This document shows, piece after piece, positions 9,815 to 19,437 of a stretch of DNA of 64,000 nucleotides (the stretch's first letter is position 1; each line of letters opens with the position of its first letter). The translations under genes and the position numbers were made by a program. Origin of the DNA: Rhizobacter sp. (GTDB lineage Bacteria > Pseudomonadota > Gammaproteobacteria > Burkholderiales > Burkholderiaceae_C). The stretch is from contig JANMTL010000297.1 of assembly GCA_031390425.1 (NCBI GenBank), positions 1,055 through 65,054 on the forward strand. The letters run 5' to 3'. A model generated the notes under the pieces. The model was not told the DNA's origin. It made no database searches and saw nothing but the letters and a program-made list of their open reading frames with translations.

Positions 9815-10411
9815 ATGTGGATTGGTTACGCTCGGCAGGTAGGAGTGTTGATCTTGGAAGTTCTGCAACTCGATGTGTCTGGACGGCCGCAATCCTGGCT
9901 TTCGGCCAAGGAGGCTGCCGTGCTGTACGCCAGCGACGGTGTCGCCTGGACGCTGGGGGACGCGTTCTACGTGCTGCGCGGCGGCGTGCAACGCCGCACC
10001 GGGCTGCAGTCGCGCATCGAGGTGCATCCGATCATCGCGGTGCGCGGCGCCATCCCGACCCGCGCCTGGCGGCAAAGCCCCGCCCTGTCGAATCCCAAGC
10101 TGTTCGTGCGCGACCGACATGTGTGCGCTTACTGCGGTGGCTATTTTCATGCCGACGACCTGACACGCGAGCACATCGTCCCGACCTCGCGCGGCGGCCA
10201 TGACACCTGGATGAACTGCATCACCGCCTGCCGAACCTGCAACGGCAACAAGGGCAGTCGCCTGCCCGAAGAGGCCCGCATGACGCTGATGTACCTGCCT
10301 TACGTGCCCAGCCTGCACGAGGACATGATCCTGCGCGGCCGCCGCATCCTGGCCGACCAGATGGAGTTTTTGCTCGCCAGCGTGCCGCGGCACAGTCGGC
10401 TGCGCGCCTGA
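9815..10411 (+). CDS. HNH endonuclease
   Basis: HNH motif CAYCGGYFHADDLTREHIVPTSRGGHDTWMNCITACRTCNGNKG. The ORF-track start 9641 is rejected. ATG 9815 is used, but GTG 9845 or TTG 9854 behind the GGTAGGAG Shine-Dalgarno at 9838-9845 are alternatives. Confidence 0.7.
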   Translation: MWIGYARQVGVLILEVLQLDVSGRPQSWLSAKEAAVLYASDGVAWTLGDAFYVLRGGVQRRTGLQSRIEVHPIIAVRGAIPTRAWRQSPALSNPKLFVRDRHVCAYCGGYFHADDLTREHIVPTSRGGHDTWMNCITACRTCNGNKGSRLPEEARMTLMYLPYVPSLHEDMILRGRRILADQMEFLLASVPRHSRLRA

Positions 10412-10567
10412 GCGCGGTGGTGGGCGGCTGATCGCTGAACGAACGGCAACACTTTTTTCCGCTCGAAGCTGGAACATCACCAGGCAGGTCGGATCGAAGT
10501 GTTTCTCCTGCGCGTCAACCTGATCGTGAATCAGCCCGTTGTCAGCCCAGGACCAAGGAGCTCCATC

Positions 10568-11056
10568 ATGAAAAAAACCCTCGCTACTCTGGCGCTCGTC
10601 GCCGTTCTGGTCGGTTGCTCCACCACCAGCCCGGACGTCATCCAGCGCGGTGACGCGCAACGCCTGTCACAGGTGCAAGACGCCACCGTGCTGTCGGTGC
10701 GCGCCGTCACCGTCGACGGTAGCCAGAGCGGCGGCGGCGGCGTCACCGGCGCGGTCGTCGGCGGCGTGGCCGGCTCGCAGGTTGGCGGCAACAAGGTGGG
10801 CGCCGTGGTCGGCGTGCTCGGCGCGGTGGCCGGCGCGGTGATCGGCAACTCGGTCGAACGCTACGCGACGTCGGAAGATGCGGTCGAGATCCTGATTCAA
10901 ATGCGCAACGGCGACCGCCGCGCCATCGTGCAGGCCAAGGGCAGCGAAACCCTGCTGGCCGGTGAGCCGGTGATCCTGGTCACCACCGGCGGCAAGACCC
11001 GCGTCACCCGCGCGCCGTCCATCACCCCGGCTGCACCCACCGCTCCCAGAAGCTGA
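10568..11056 (+). CDS. glycine-zipper outer-membrane lipoprotein (SlyB/Pcp-like)
   Basis: AAGGAG RBS before ATG 10568. Signal peptide with lipobox LVGC (MKKTLATLALVAVLVGCSTT). Gly-zipper stretch GGGGVTGAVVGGVAGSQVGGNKVGAVVGVLGAVAGAVIG. Confidence 0.7.
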   Translation: MKKTLATLALVAVLVGCSTTSPDVIQRGDAQRLSQVQDATVLSVRAVTVDGSQSGGGGVTGAVVGGVAGSQVGGNKVGAVVGVLGAVAGAVIGNSVERYATSEDAVEILIQMRNGDRRAIVQAKGSETLLAGEPVILVTTGGKTRVTRAPSITPAAPTAPRS

Positions 11057-11070
11057 CCGCCGGAGGCGCG

Positions 11071-12786
11071 TCATGCGCCCACCGCAGGCCCGATGTCGAA
11101 CGCGATGCAGATGCGTTCTTCGGCGGCGCTGAACGGCAGGGTCCGGTGGAACAGCGACGAGGGGAACAACACGATGTCGCCGACCGCAGGCGATACGCGC
11201 TGCACCGGAAAGTTGCATCCACGCTGCGGGTAGCCGTCACCGTGGGTGCTGAATTCGATGCTGCCGTCGTCGCTGCCCTCGGCACGCGGCGGGATCGCCA
11301 AATACACCACGCCGCTGAGCCAGCCGGTTTCGTGGATGTGTGACGTGAGGTGCCCCCCGGTTTGCATCTTCACGTACCACGAGCTGCTGAATTCCGTGGT
11401 CGGCGGAAAAGCCTGTATGAAGAGGCCATCGGCACGGGCGTGCAGCTGCCGGTAGCGCTCGATTTGCTGGGCGATCAATCCGGCGAGCGTACGAAACGAC
11501 GCCTCCGGGCGCCTGAACAGATTGCCCGACGATTGCACCCCGTGGTGCAGCCGCCCCTGCTGGCGCGCGGCGATCTCGGCCGAATCGATGTCCATCAGCA
11601 ACTGCGCGCGCAGCGTGCTGCCCGCAGCGGCAAGCGCCTCGATGCGGCCGTGGAACATGAGGTCCAGCGGCGCGCGGCAGAAATCGCATTCGTCGGCGAT
11701 ACCGAAATTGAATGCGTGGTGCGCCGACAGCGTGGCGAGCAGCGGCGAGACGTGCGCAGCAGGCGTGGTCAACAGGCGATCCAGGCCGCTCTTGAACGCC
11801 TCGTAGCGCTCGCTCTTGTAAAGGCAGTGCAACACCCGCGCTTGCCAGTCGCGCAGGCGTGATCTCTCGAAACCCGCGATCGCCTCGTCGAGTCGGCCGC
11901 CGTCGACCCGCAACACCGCGAGGTTGTAAAGGGCCTCGGCGGTGTCCGGCGCTTGTGCCAGCGCGCGCTCGAAACTCGCCACCGCGTCGTCGATCCGGCC
12001 CAGGTCGCGCAGCACCTCGCCCAGGTTGTTCAGCGCGTCGGGGTAGATCGGTTGCAGCGCCAGCGCGCTGTCGAAGCTGCCCGCTGCGGCGGCAAGCCGC
12101 CCTTGGTTGCGCAGCGCCGTGCCGAGGTTGAAATGCACCTTCGCGTCGGGCTGGATCGCCAGCGCGGTGCAATAGCTTTGCACTGCAGCGTTCAGATTCC
12201 CCTGGGCCTGCAGCACCGCACCGAGGTTGCTGTGCGCATCGGCACGGTCGGGTTGCAAGGCGAGCACCCGCCGGTAGCTCTGCGCCGCGTCGTCGAGCCG
12301 CCCCAATGCCTGCAAGGCGGTGCCCCGGTTGTAGTGCGCCATCGCCAGCGTCGGCTTGGCCGCCACCGCCTGCGCATAGCTGTCGGCCGCTTCCGCGTGT
12401 CGGCCCAGCCGACCCAGCAGAATGCCGAGGTTGCAGTGCAGCTCGGCGAAATCGGGCTTCAGCGTCACCGCCTTGCGATAGCTGGCCACCGCCTCGTCGT
12501 GTCGGCCCAGTTGCGAATACAGCATGCCGAGCTGGCTGTGCGTCTCCATCGACTGCGGCGCGATCGCGGCCACTTGCCTGAAGCTGTCGATCGCCTCGGC
12601 CCACCGGCGCTGACCGGCCAGCGCCGAGCCCAGCACGTTGTGCAACGCCAGGGCTTGCGGATGCGCCGCCAGCCCCTTCCTGGCGGCCACTTCTGCCTGC
12701 GCCCACTGCCCTGCGTTGAGCAGCGCCAGCAGCGCATGAACCTCAGCAGCGGCGGGCTGTCGTGTGGATTGGAAAGTTTTTTTCAT
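11071..12786 (-). CDS. TPR-repeat protein fused to a putative 2OG-Fe(II) oxygenase domain
   Basis: 571-aa ORF. The N-terminal ~300 aa are tandem TPR repeats. The C-terminal ~200 aa carry the pattern LTSHIHETGWLSGVVYLAIP...GSIEFS...LFPSSLFHRTLPF, reminiscent of the PF13759-type 2OG-Fe(II) oxygenase family. Confidence 0.7.
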   Translation of the reverse strand: MKKTFQSTRQPAAAEVHALLALLNAGQWAQAEVAARKGLAAHPQALALHNVLGSALAGQRRWAEAIDSFRQVAAIAPQSMETHSQLGMLYSQLGRHDEAVASYRKAVTLKPDFAELHCNLGILLGRLGRHAEAADSYAQAVAAKPTLAMAHYNRGTALQALGRLDDAAQSYRRVLALQPDRADAHSNLGAVLQAQGNLNAAVQSYCTALAIQPDAKVHFNLGTALRNQGRLAAAAGSFDSALALQPIYPDALNNLGEVLRDLGRIDDAVASFERALAQAPDTAEALYNLAVLRVDGGRLDEAIAGFERSRLRDWQARVLHCLYKSERYEAFKSGLDRLLTTPAAHVSPLLATLSAHHAFNFGIADECDFCRAPLDLMFHGRIEALAAAGSTLRAQLLMDIDSAEIAARQQGRLHHGVQSSGNLFRRPEASFRTLAGLIAQQIERYRQLHARADGLFIQAFPPTTEFSSSWYVKMQTGGHLTSHIHETGWLSGVVYLAIPPRAEGSDDGSIEFSTHGDGYPQRGCNFPVQRVSPAVGDIVLFPSSLFHRTLPFSAAEERICIAFDIGPAVGA

Positions 12787-12833
12787 CGTTCACTGCGGGC
12801 TGTCACAGACACGCACAAGCTTTGCGCGTTCGA

Positions 12834-14668
12834 CTACTCGTTGACCAAAGCCTTCACCGTTTCGTACAAGCGGTCGGAGTTGAACTTCGGGTTGTCGAGG
12901 TCAAAGGCAAACTGGTACGCAGCACCAGACGGTACGCCTCGCAACTTCTGCATCTTGAGAAAAAACGACAAGAACTGCGCCCCGCCGGTTCGGTGATGTT
13001 CGAACATCACGCGCGCCTCATCGAGCGATATCGCTCGCAGCGGATGAACCTCGGTGATGCCGTAGGTCTGGTGCTTCGAGCGGGCATACCAGTCGAAGAA
13101 CGACGCGCCATAGGTCGGCTCGCCATACAAACTGACGCCCAGGCGCATGCCGGCCTGTGGTTGAAGCGAGGCATCGACCGCAAACTTGTTGACGTCCCAG
13201 CTTGGATTGGTGAACGGCGTGATCTGGTGGACGTAGGTGTCGACCTCGGCCAGACAGGATCGACGAACACGCTGATCGAAAAAACGAAGGTAGCTCACGA
13301 CCTGAGTCGCCCGGAACTGATGCCACAGCGGTACCAACGGATTGAAGTAATACGACGCCTGGTCCACCGGGAAGTCGACAGACCACCGCAACGTTGACCG
13401 GGCGCCACCGTCGGCGGCAGGTCCTTTTGGGGCAAGGCGATCGGCGTGGCCTGGTTGCGTTCCATTGCGGAGACGTACGGCGTCCCGAGATGCACCCAGC
13501 GATCGGGTTGGTCTCCCAGGATGGTATCGAGGCGATGAATACCGCGCGCAAATGCAGGAAAATTCAGATCGAAGCGCCAGCCCACATCAGCGGTTCCGAA
13601 TTCCGGATGCGCTTCGTGCACGTCTTGCCGACTCAGGTTCACGGGCACACGGTCCACGAAATTCCCGTTTCGGTAGAGGCGAATCCAGCGCAAGGCCGCA
13701 GGCTGCTGTGTCGGTGCGTACAGCCAACCCGATATCGGCAGGGTACCGTGAGCATAGGAATCGATGTGCTCGGTATAGCGCGTCAACGGCTGAGTCCGGA
13801 TCTCCTTCGAGGGCGGGTCGACCGCCGCGAACGAGGGATAGTCGCTCCCCAACGCGATGTTCAGCGAGGCCACGCTGTCGAAGCGAGTCACCAGAAAGGC
13901 TCGAAGACCAGCGGTCGACGCGCCGCTGTAATCGGAAACCAGGTACTTCTCCTGACACCCCATGCCGCCCTGGAAGTTCGGGAACGGGTGGTGCAACTCA
14001 CCGAGCAGGGTGACCCCACGTATCTTGTCGCCATCGCGCTGCGGCAGCCGGCATATTTCGTCTACCACCGCGTCGATGACCTGCACGCGCCGTCGGGTCA
14101 GGTCGTCGTCGGTGGTGGCAAACGTACACGGGTAGATGTCATGCTCGTAGAACCGGTCTCGTCGCATCGGGCCCGCCGGCGACACGGCCAGATTGCGGAC
14201 GTCGCCAGCCAGTACCGGCTCGATGGGCGCGTCGACGCCGAAGTGAGTCGAAAAGAAGCAGACGACCGCCCGCCTGTCGTCTTCGTGCAAAGTGTCGACC
14301 ATGCGCTTGATGACCGGGAGATCGACGACCCAGTCGCTGCCTTGCTGTTTCAAAAGGCGGAAAAGTGGAAACTGCATGGTGTAGCCCAACTCGAATCGAC
14401 CGTTGGGGCGAATACGGGGACCGAGGCCCGAGAGGGTGCTTTCGGTCAGTGGGGCCGCTGATCCGCCAAGTCGATTGCAGTTGCCTATTCCGGCCGGCGG
14501 CTCCAGCATGTCGTTGCACGGATCCAAGACGTTGATCATCGGCGCCAGCAGCAACGGCTTGGTGTGCGAGCCGAATCGGGCCCATCCGAACCAGAGAGCC
14601 GAGCCGGCAAGGGCCGCCACAACAACCACCCGTGCCCATAGACTGCTTCGGGACATCATCATCTGCAA
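12834..14668 (-). pseudogene. membrane-anchored glycoside-hydrolase-like protein, apparently frameshifted (ORFs 13295-14668 and 12834-13391)
   Basis: The 457-aa ORF has an N-terminal TM anchor (SLWARVVVVAALAGSALWFGW) and a GH42-like segment (DYSGASTAGLRAFLVTRFDSVASLNIALGSDYPSFAAVDPP). After ...LPPTVAPGQ its tail turns into Arg/Cys-rich junk. Protein-like sequence continues in the -1 frame (LRWSVDFPVDQASYYFNPLVPLWHQ...) to the stop at 12834. Confidence 0.5.
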
Positions 14669-14761
14669 GCAACGACAATCACCGGCCCGATGCGAAGCGA
14701 GCTTCAGACCGATTGCCCGGCCGGTTTCAAAGAGTCGTCGAAGACAATAACTCCGAATATC

Positions 14762-15718
14762 ATGAATTCAAGTTCACCGACTTTGGCCACCAGCATATAT
14801 ACGGTTCAATTCGACATCGTTCACGGCTGTCAGCTTCGCTGCGTCGGCTGCCCGAACTCGACCTTGCTTCCGGATATCAAGCGCATTGCCGTCGACGATT
14901 TCGACCGCGCGCTTCGCAATATCGACGTCGATCACATTCACACCTTGCGCCTTTTCAATTTTGGCGAGCCCCTGCTGCACCAGCACCTGGCTGAAATTGT
15001 CGATTGCATCCCGCGCCAGCGATGGAAAGTATCGGTCGTCGAGTTGTCCACCAATGCCCAAAAAGTCAATTGGGATGATTTCGAGGAGATGATCAAGCGA
15101 GAGGTGATCACCCGTCTGGTGGTGAGTTGCGATGGCGACGGCACTCCCGATGATTACGAGCGCTTGCGGCCACCTTCTCGGTGGGATCGTTTCATCGAAT
15201 TCCTGGAGCGTGCCCGGGCACTCAGAGACCGGTGGGCACCGGGGATGCAACTGGTGACCCGCAACGTGTGCGAGGCAGAGCCGCCGGAGAATCGTCGGCG
15301 CTGGCGAGACCTGTTAATCCCGAAGGGCTGGACACCGGAGTTCCGCCTGTGGATGGCGCTGCCCGAGGCAGTCGCGAACATGACCGGACGCCGGATCGAA
15401 GTGCCGAAGAAAGCCTGCGCGTTTCTTCAGGATGCCAGCGAGTTCAAAGGCCATCCGTGGTACGGACAAATCAACCTTCTCTATGTCGATGCTGACGGTA
15501 CGGTCGTGCCCTGCTGCCTCCATCCGCAGGCCGGCAACCTTGGAAACCTGCTGATCAACACGTTTAACGAAATCCTGGCGAGTCAGAAGCGCGCGGATTT
15601 CATTCGATTCATGAACCGCGAACGCGCGAGCATGCCCGTGTGTGGAAAGTGCGAGATGGGGCCCGTCGGCGCCGAGGGGAAGTCTTTCTGGGCCGCCATG
15701 GATGTCGGCCAGTTGTGA
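14762..15718 (+). CDS. radical SAM / SPASM-domain enzyme
   Basis: CX3CX2C cluster motif HGCQLRCVGCPNS near the N-terminus. C-terminal Cys-rich auxiliary-cluster region (GTVVPCCLHP...MPVCGKCEMG). Start taken at ATG 14762 (MNSSSPTLATSIY). Confidence 0.75.
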   Translation: MNSSSPTLATSIYTVQFDIVHGCQLRCVGCPNSTLLPDIKRIAVDDFDRALRNIDVDHIHTLRLFNFGEPLLHQHLAEIVDCIPRQRWKVSVVELSTNAQKVNWDDFEEMIKREVITRLVVSCDGDGTPDDYERLRPPSRWDRFIEFLERARALRDRWAPGMQLVTRNVCEAEPPENRRRWRDLLIPKGWTPEFRLWMALPEAVANMTGRRIEVPKKACAFLQDASEFKGHPWYGQINLLYVDADGTVVPCCLHPQAGNLGNLLINTFNEILASQKRADFIRFMNRERASMPVCGKCEMGPVGAEGKSFWAAMDVGQL

Positions 15719-15832
15719 AGATGTCGGCCGGGTTGCAAGCGAAATTCGGAGGTCAACCGCCGACCACTGAGTTTCGGCTCGGTGTCGCAACGAGTCATTC
15801 GTGATCTGACATTGCGCCTTCGCGTTCGGATC

Positions 15833-16927
15833 ATGAAATATTTCGATCGAACCATCGGATCGATATTTGCCGAGAACAAGGGCATCGGCCCCGGCTTCAG
15901 CGCGATGCGCATCGTCCTGTCGCTCAGTGTTCTCGCTCTTCACTGTGTGCCGCTGTCCAAAGGCATCGAATACCTTCGGTTCTCGGGTTCTTGGTATGAG
16001 CCGATCGTTTTGAGTCGGTTGCCTATTTTCTTTGCCCTAAGCGGCTTTCTGGTGATGCGCAGTGCGTCTCGCGCGGACTCTCTGCTCAACTTTCTTGCCT
16101 ATCGAGGACTGCGCCTGCTTCCCGCGCTGATCGTGACTGTCATCCTTTCAATCCTGGTGGTGGGCGCCCTGTTCACGACCCTGCCTTTAGGCGAATATCT
16201 CACCCAATGGACAACGTGGCGATACCTCGGAAACGCCTTCGGTTTCATCCAGTTCGATCTACCCGGCGTTTTCGAATCGAACCCCTTTCCTCGATCCGTC
16301 AACGGAAGTCTGTGGACCCTTCAACTGGAGCTGTACTGCTACGGAATATTGACCTTGCTGTTTGCCACGAAACTTATATTCAGTCGGCAAATTTTCACCG
16401 CCCTGGTTGTTTCAGTTTCCATCGCCATGACCTTCTTGAATCTGACGACAGGCTGGAGTGCTCCCGGCCTGCACATGCCAGCGCCGGTTTTGATCTACTA
16501 CTTCATGATCGGCGCGCTAGCTTACCAGTGGCACTTTTCGATGCCGTACTCCAAGATTCTGTTTTTTTCTTGCCTGGCGATGAGCTATTTGTTGATTCCG
16601 ACCCGAAATTTTGTATTCATTGCTGCGTGGCCACTGGTCTACATCATGATATTTATCGGATCGACTGAAATTCGGTTGCCTGCCGTTTTAAAGGGTCGCG
16701 ATTTGTCCTATGGCATCTATCTGTTCGGCTTTCCCGTGCAGCAAGCTCTGGTCGCGTCCGTGGCGGCGCTGAGAGAGCCCGTGGCTTTGTTTTTTACATC
16801 CGCACCGATCGCAATTTTGCTTTCCGTACTCTCTTGGAAGTACATTGAAAAACCGACCATGGCGCTGCGTCGCCACTTGAAACCGCCGAGGAAAACAAGC
16901 CACTACGCCTCTGTCAACAGCAAATGA
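15833..16927 (+). CDS. acyltransferase family 3 (OafA/NolL-like) integral membrane O-acyltransferase
   Basis: About ten hydrophobic helices. Has the N-terminal AMRIVLSLSVLALH and RLPIFFALSGFL pattern typical of acyltransferase_3 proteins. Visibly AT-richer than its flanks. Confidence 0.75.
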   Translation: MKYFDRTIGSIFAENKGIGPGFSAMRIVLSLSVLALHCVPLSKGIEYLRFSGSWYEPIVLSRLPIFFALSGFLVMRSASRADSLLNFLAYRGLRLLPALIVTVILSILVVGALFTTLPLGEYLTQWTTWRYLGNAFGFIQFDLPGVFESNPFPRSVNGSLWTLQLELYCYGILTLLFATKLIFSRQIFTALVVSVSIAMTFLNLTTGWSAPGLHMPAPVLIYYFMIGALAYQWHFSMPYSKILFFSCLAMSYLLIPTRNFVFIAAWPLVYIMIFIGSTEIRLPAVLKGRDLSYGIYLFGFPVQQALVASVAALREPVALFFTSAPIAILLSVLSWKYIEKPTMALRRHLKPPRKTSHYASVNSK

Positions 16928-16948
16928 TTGTCAAAGACTGAGTTTCTA

Positions 16949-18340
16949 ATGGCTGAGTTCATCATGAAGAAGGCGCCTGCGGAGGATGCAGGGCGCCGCC
17001 CGTCGCGAACCTTGTCGGCATTTCTGCTCGTGCTGACGGCCATCGCTGCGAGTTACGGTGCCTGGCTGTTGGTTTTTTGGCCTGGAATTCTCGGGGAAGA
17101 CAGCCTTGCGGTGCTCTACGAAATAGAGTCCAACGGCAGTTTTCAATCAGGCAAACCCACGCTCTGGTATTACTTCGTCAAGTTGCTGTACAGCCCGGGT
17201 CGGTTGGTGGAAATTCCGATCGCGGTACAGATGTCGATCGCTGCACTTGTATTCTCGAGAATATTGACATGGTGCTGGCTGCACGGATTCAAGAAAATAT
17301 TTCTATTCGGGCTGATATTTATATGCCTCGCTCCGAACATGATCTACTTCGTCGGCATGCTTTATTCGGATGGGGTCTTTGCCAGTTGCACCGTAGGTTT
17401 GCTTTTCGAGTTCTGGTTCATCGCAAAGCATCGGAGAGCAAGTCTTGCATCGTTGGCAGTGGTTGCCATCACCTTCCCATTCGCCGTGTTTGCGCGTCCT
17501 AACGGCGCTGTTTTTCTGGCTGCACTGCTGGCGCTGCTGTTCGTCGTCCCCCGGTGGGATCGCGTCAAGCTGCTGGTCGTCGCCATCGTTTGGGTTGTGC
17601 TGGTTTTCATCGGCGCTAAAGCGCACCCCACGGCAAAACACGGCGTTCTATTTCCGCTTGCCCTGTTTGAAACGGTCAACTTCTTGCAGCCCCGCCCTAT
17701 GAACCTCTGGATGGAGTCACCACGGGTTTCTCAGAAATCAATCGATCTACTGACGAAGCAACATCCCTTGCCGAAGATTGTCGAAAACTACGATCCCGAC
17801 TACTGGGATCCGCTGGTTTACAAGGTGGATGGTGCGAATCTTCTGTCCATGCAGCGACCTGACCAAAGAAAACTGGTTTTAGAATTCTTTTCTTATAATA
17901 TTTGGCATAATATTCCGGATTTCCTTGCCAGCCGTGTCAATATTTTCATGGTAGCGGTACTGGCTGAAGGCGGTATGCCCTCGTTTGAGTACGCATCCCA
18001 CATTATCAAGAAAACGCGGTCGCAATCCGAATTTCGCTGGTTTAATATGTCGAGGACTGCAGTTTTCCTGGAGAAGATGCACAAGCTCAGCTTCAGCCTG
18101 CGGTGGATTCTGTGGAGTCCGTTGCTTGGAATTTTCCTGATGTTCTCGTTGCTGCTTTCAGGCTGGAAGCGACGAGATTTCCCGACCCTGCTGGTCACCG
18201 TTCCCATGGTCGCTCAACTGGGTGGGATATTCCTCTTCTCGATCGCAGGCGAATACCGCTACCTTCTTCCCTACTTCGTGTTGCCGCTCGTTCTGCTCCC
18301 GATCCTTGCCATGCAGCGTCGGCAAACCGAGGCGGTGTAA
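16949..18340 (+). CDS. polytopic membrane protein, GT-C-like glycosyltransferase candidate
   Basis: About 460 aa with ~11 predicted helices, an acidic first-loop motif (WPGILGEDSLAV) and a ~130-aa soluble loop. Lies next to a GtrB-like GT2. Lowest-GC stretch of the window. The start could be TTG 16928, ATG 16949 or ATG 16964. Confidence 0.5.
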   Translation: MAEFIMKKAPAEDAGRRPSRTLSAFLLVLTAIAASYGAWLLVFWPGILGEDSLAVLYEIESNGSFQSGKPTLWYYFVKLLYSPGRLVEIPIAVQMSIAALVFSRILTWCWLHGFKKIFLFGLIFICLAPNMIYFVGMLYSDGVFASCTVGLLFEFWFIAKHRRASLASLAVVAITFPFAVFARPNGAVFLAALLALLFVVPRWDRVKLLVVAIVWVVLVFIGAKAHPTAKHGVLFPLALFETVNFLQPRPMNLWMESPRVSQKSIDLLTKQHPLPKIVENYDPDYWDPLVYKVDGANLLSMQRPDQRKLVLEFFSYNIWHNIPDFLASRVNIFMVAVLAEGGMPSFEYASHIIKKTRSQSEFRWFNMSRTAVFLEKMHKLSFSLRWILWSPLLGIFLMFSLLLSGWKRRDFPTLLVTVPMVAQLGGIFLFSIAGEYRYLLPYFVLPLVLLPILAMQRRQTEAV

Positions 18341-18341
18341 G

Positions 18342-19286
18342 GTGAGCCGCCCGAGCCCGACATCCATCGCCGTCATCCTGCCGTGTTTCAACGAGGCATT
18401 GGCCATCGGGCAGGTGCTGGACGAGTTCAAGCGCGCCTTGCCTGAAGCCGCACTGCACGTCTTCGACAACCGGTCCACCGATGACACCGCCGCCGTGGCG
18501 CGGGCGGCAGGCGCTGCCGTCACCCCTGTGCAGTTGCGCGGCAAAGGCAACGTGGTTCGTCGCATGTTTGCCGATGTGGAAGCCGACGTGTACGTGATGG
18601 TCGATGGCGACGCGACCTACGACGTCTCCAACATCCGCCAGCACATCGACCTGCTGCTGCATGATCGGCTCGATATGGTCGTCGGCTACCGTGAGGACGA
18701 CGGCCTCAACCCCCAGACCTACCGCCTCGGTCACCGCTGGGGCAACCAGTTGCTTACGCGGTCGGTGAGCCAGATCTTCGGCGGACAGTTCACCGACATG
18801 CTGTCGGGCTATCGGCTGTTCTCTCGGCGTTACGCCAAATCGTTTCCAGCCGCCACCCAGGGCTTCGAAACCGAAACCGAACTGAGCGTTCACGCCTTGG
18901 AACTTCGCATGCCGTATGCCGAGGTGGCCATCTCGTATCGCTCGCGGCCGGAAGGCTCGGTCAGCAAGCTGTCTACCTTCCGCGACGGTCGTCACATTTT
19001 AATGACGATCCTGAAGCTGTTCATCAGCGAGCGGCCGCTGGCTTTCTTCTCGGTCGTGGCGGCCCTGTTGGCGCTGCTGTCGATCGTCCTCATCGTCCCT
19101 TTGGCGGCGACCTACGTCGACACTGGGCTGGTGCCTCGACTGCCGACGGCAGTGCTCGCCACCGGCTTGATGCTGTGCGCGATGCTGGCGCTGGTCTGCG
19201 GCGCGGTGCTGCGCACTGTGACGATGGGCCGGCGCGAGGTCAAGCGCTTCGCCTACCTCGCGATTCCCGCCCCCTCGCGGAGCTGA
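18342..19286 (+). CDS. GT2 polyprenyl-phosphate glycosyltransferase (GtrB/ArnC/DPM1-like)
   Basis: GTG start 2 nt after the upstream stop. IAVILPCFNE...FDNRSTDDT...MVDGDATYD motifs plus two C-terminal TM helices. Confidence 0.8.
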   Translation: MSRPSPTSIAVILPCFNEALAIGQVLDEFKRALPEAALHVFDNRSTDDTAAVARAAGAAVTPVQLRGKGNVVRRMFADVEADVYVMVDGDATYDVSNIRQHIDLLLHDRLDMVVGYREDDGLNPQTYRLGHRWGNQLLTRSVSQIFGGQFTDMLSGYRLFSRRYAKSFPAATQGFETETELSVHALELRMPYAEVAISYRSRPEGSVSKLSTFRDGRHILMTILKLFISERPLAFFSVVAALLALLSIVLIVPLAATYVDTGLVPRLPTAVLATGLMLCAMLALVCGAVLRTVTMGRREVKRFAYLAIPAPSRS

Positions 19287-19316
19287 AGTGCCGGGGGTCT
19301 CCGTCAACGGACTGAG

Positions 19317-19338
19317 CGGATAATTTCCTATCCGTTTT
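19317..19338 (+). terminator. weak rho-independent terminator candidate after the GT2 gene
   Basis: 6-bp stem cggata/tatccg with a 6-nt loop, followed by TTTT. Confidence 0.3.
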
Positions 19339-19437
19339 CGCCGGTGGAATCAATCGCCGCGCCGGACTGCCACAGGCGATTCGTCGACCGCCTCATCGAC
19401 TGCGGGCTTCGTCCTGTGTTTTTGAAGAAGGACCTCC

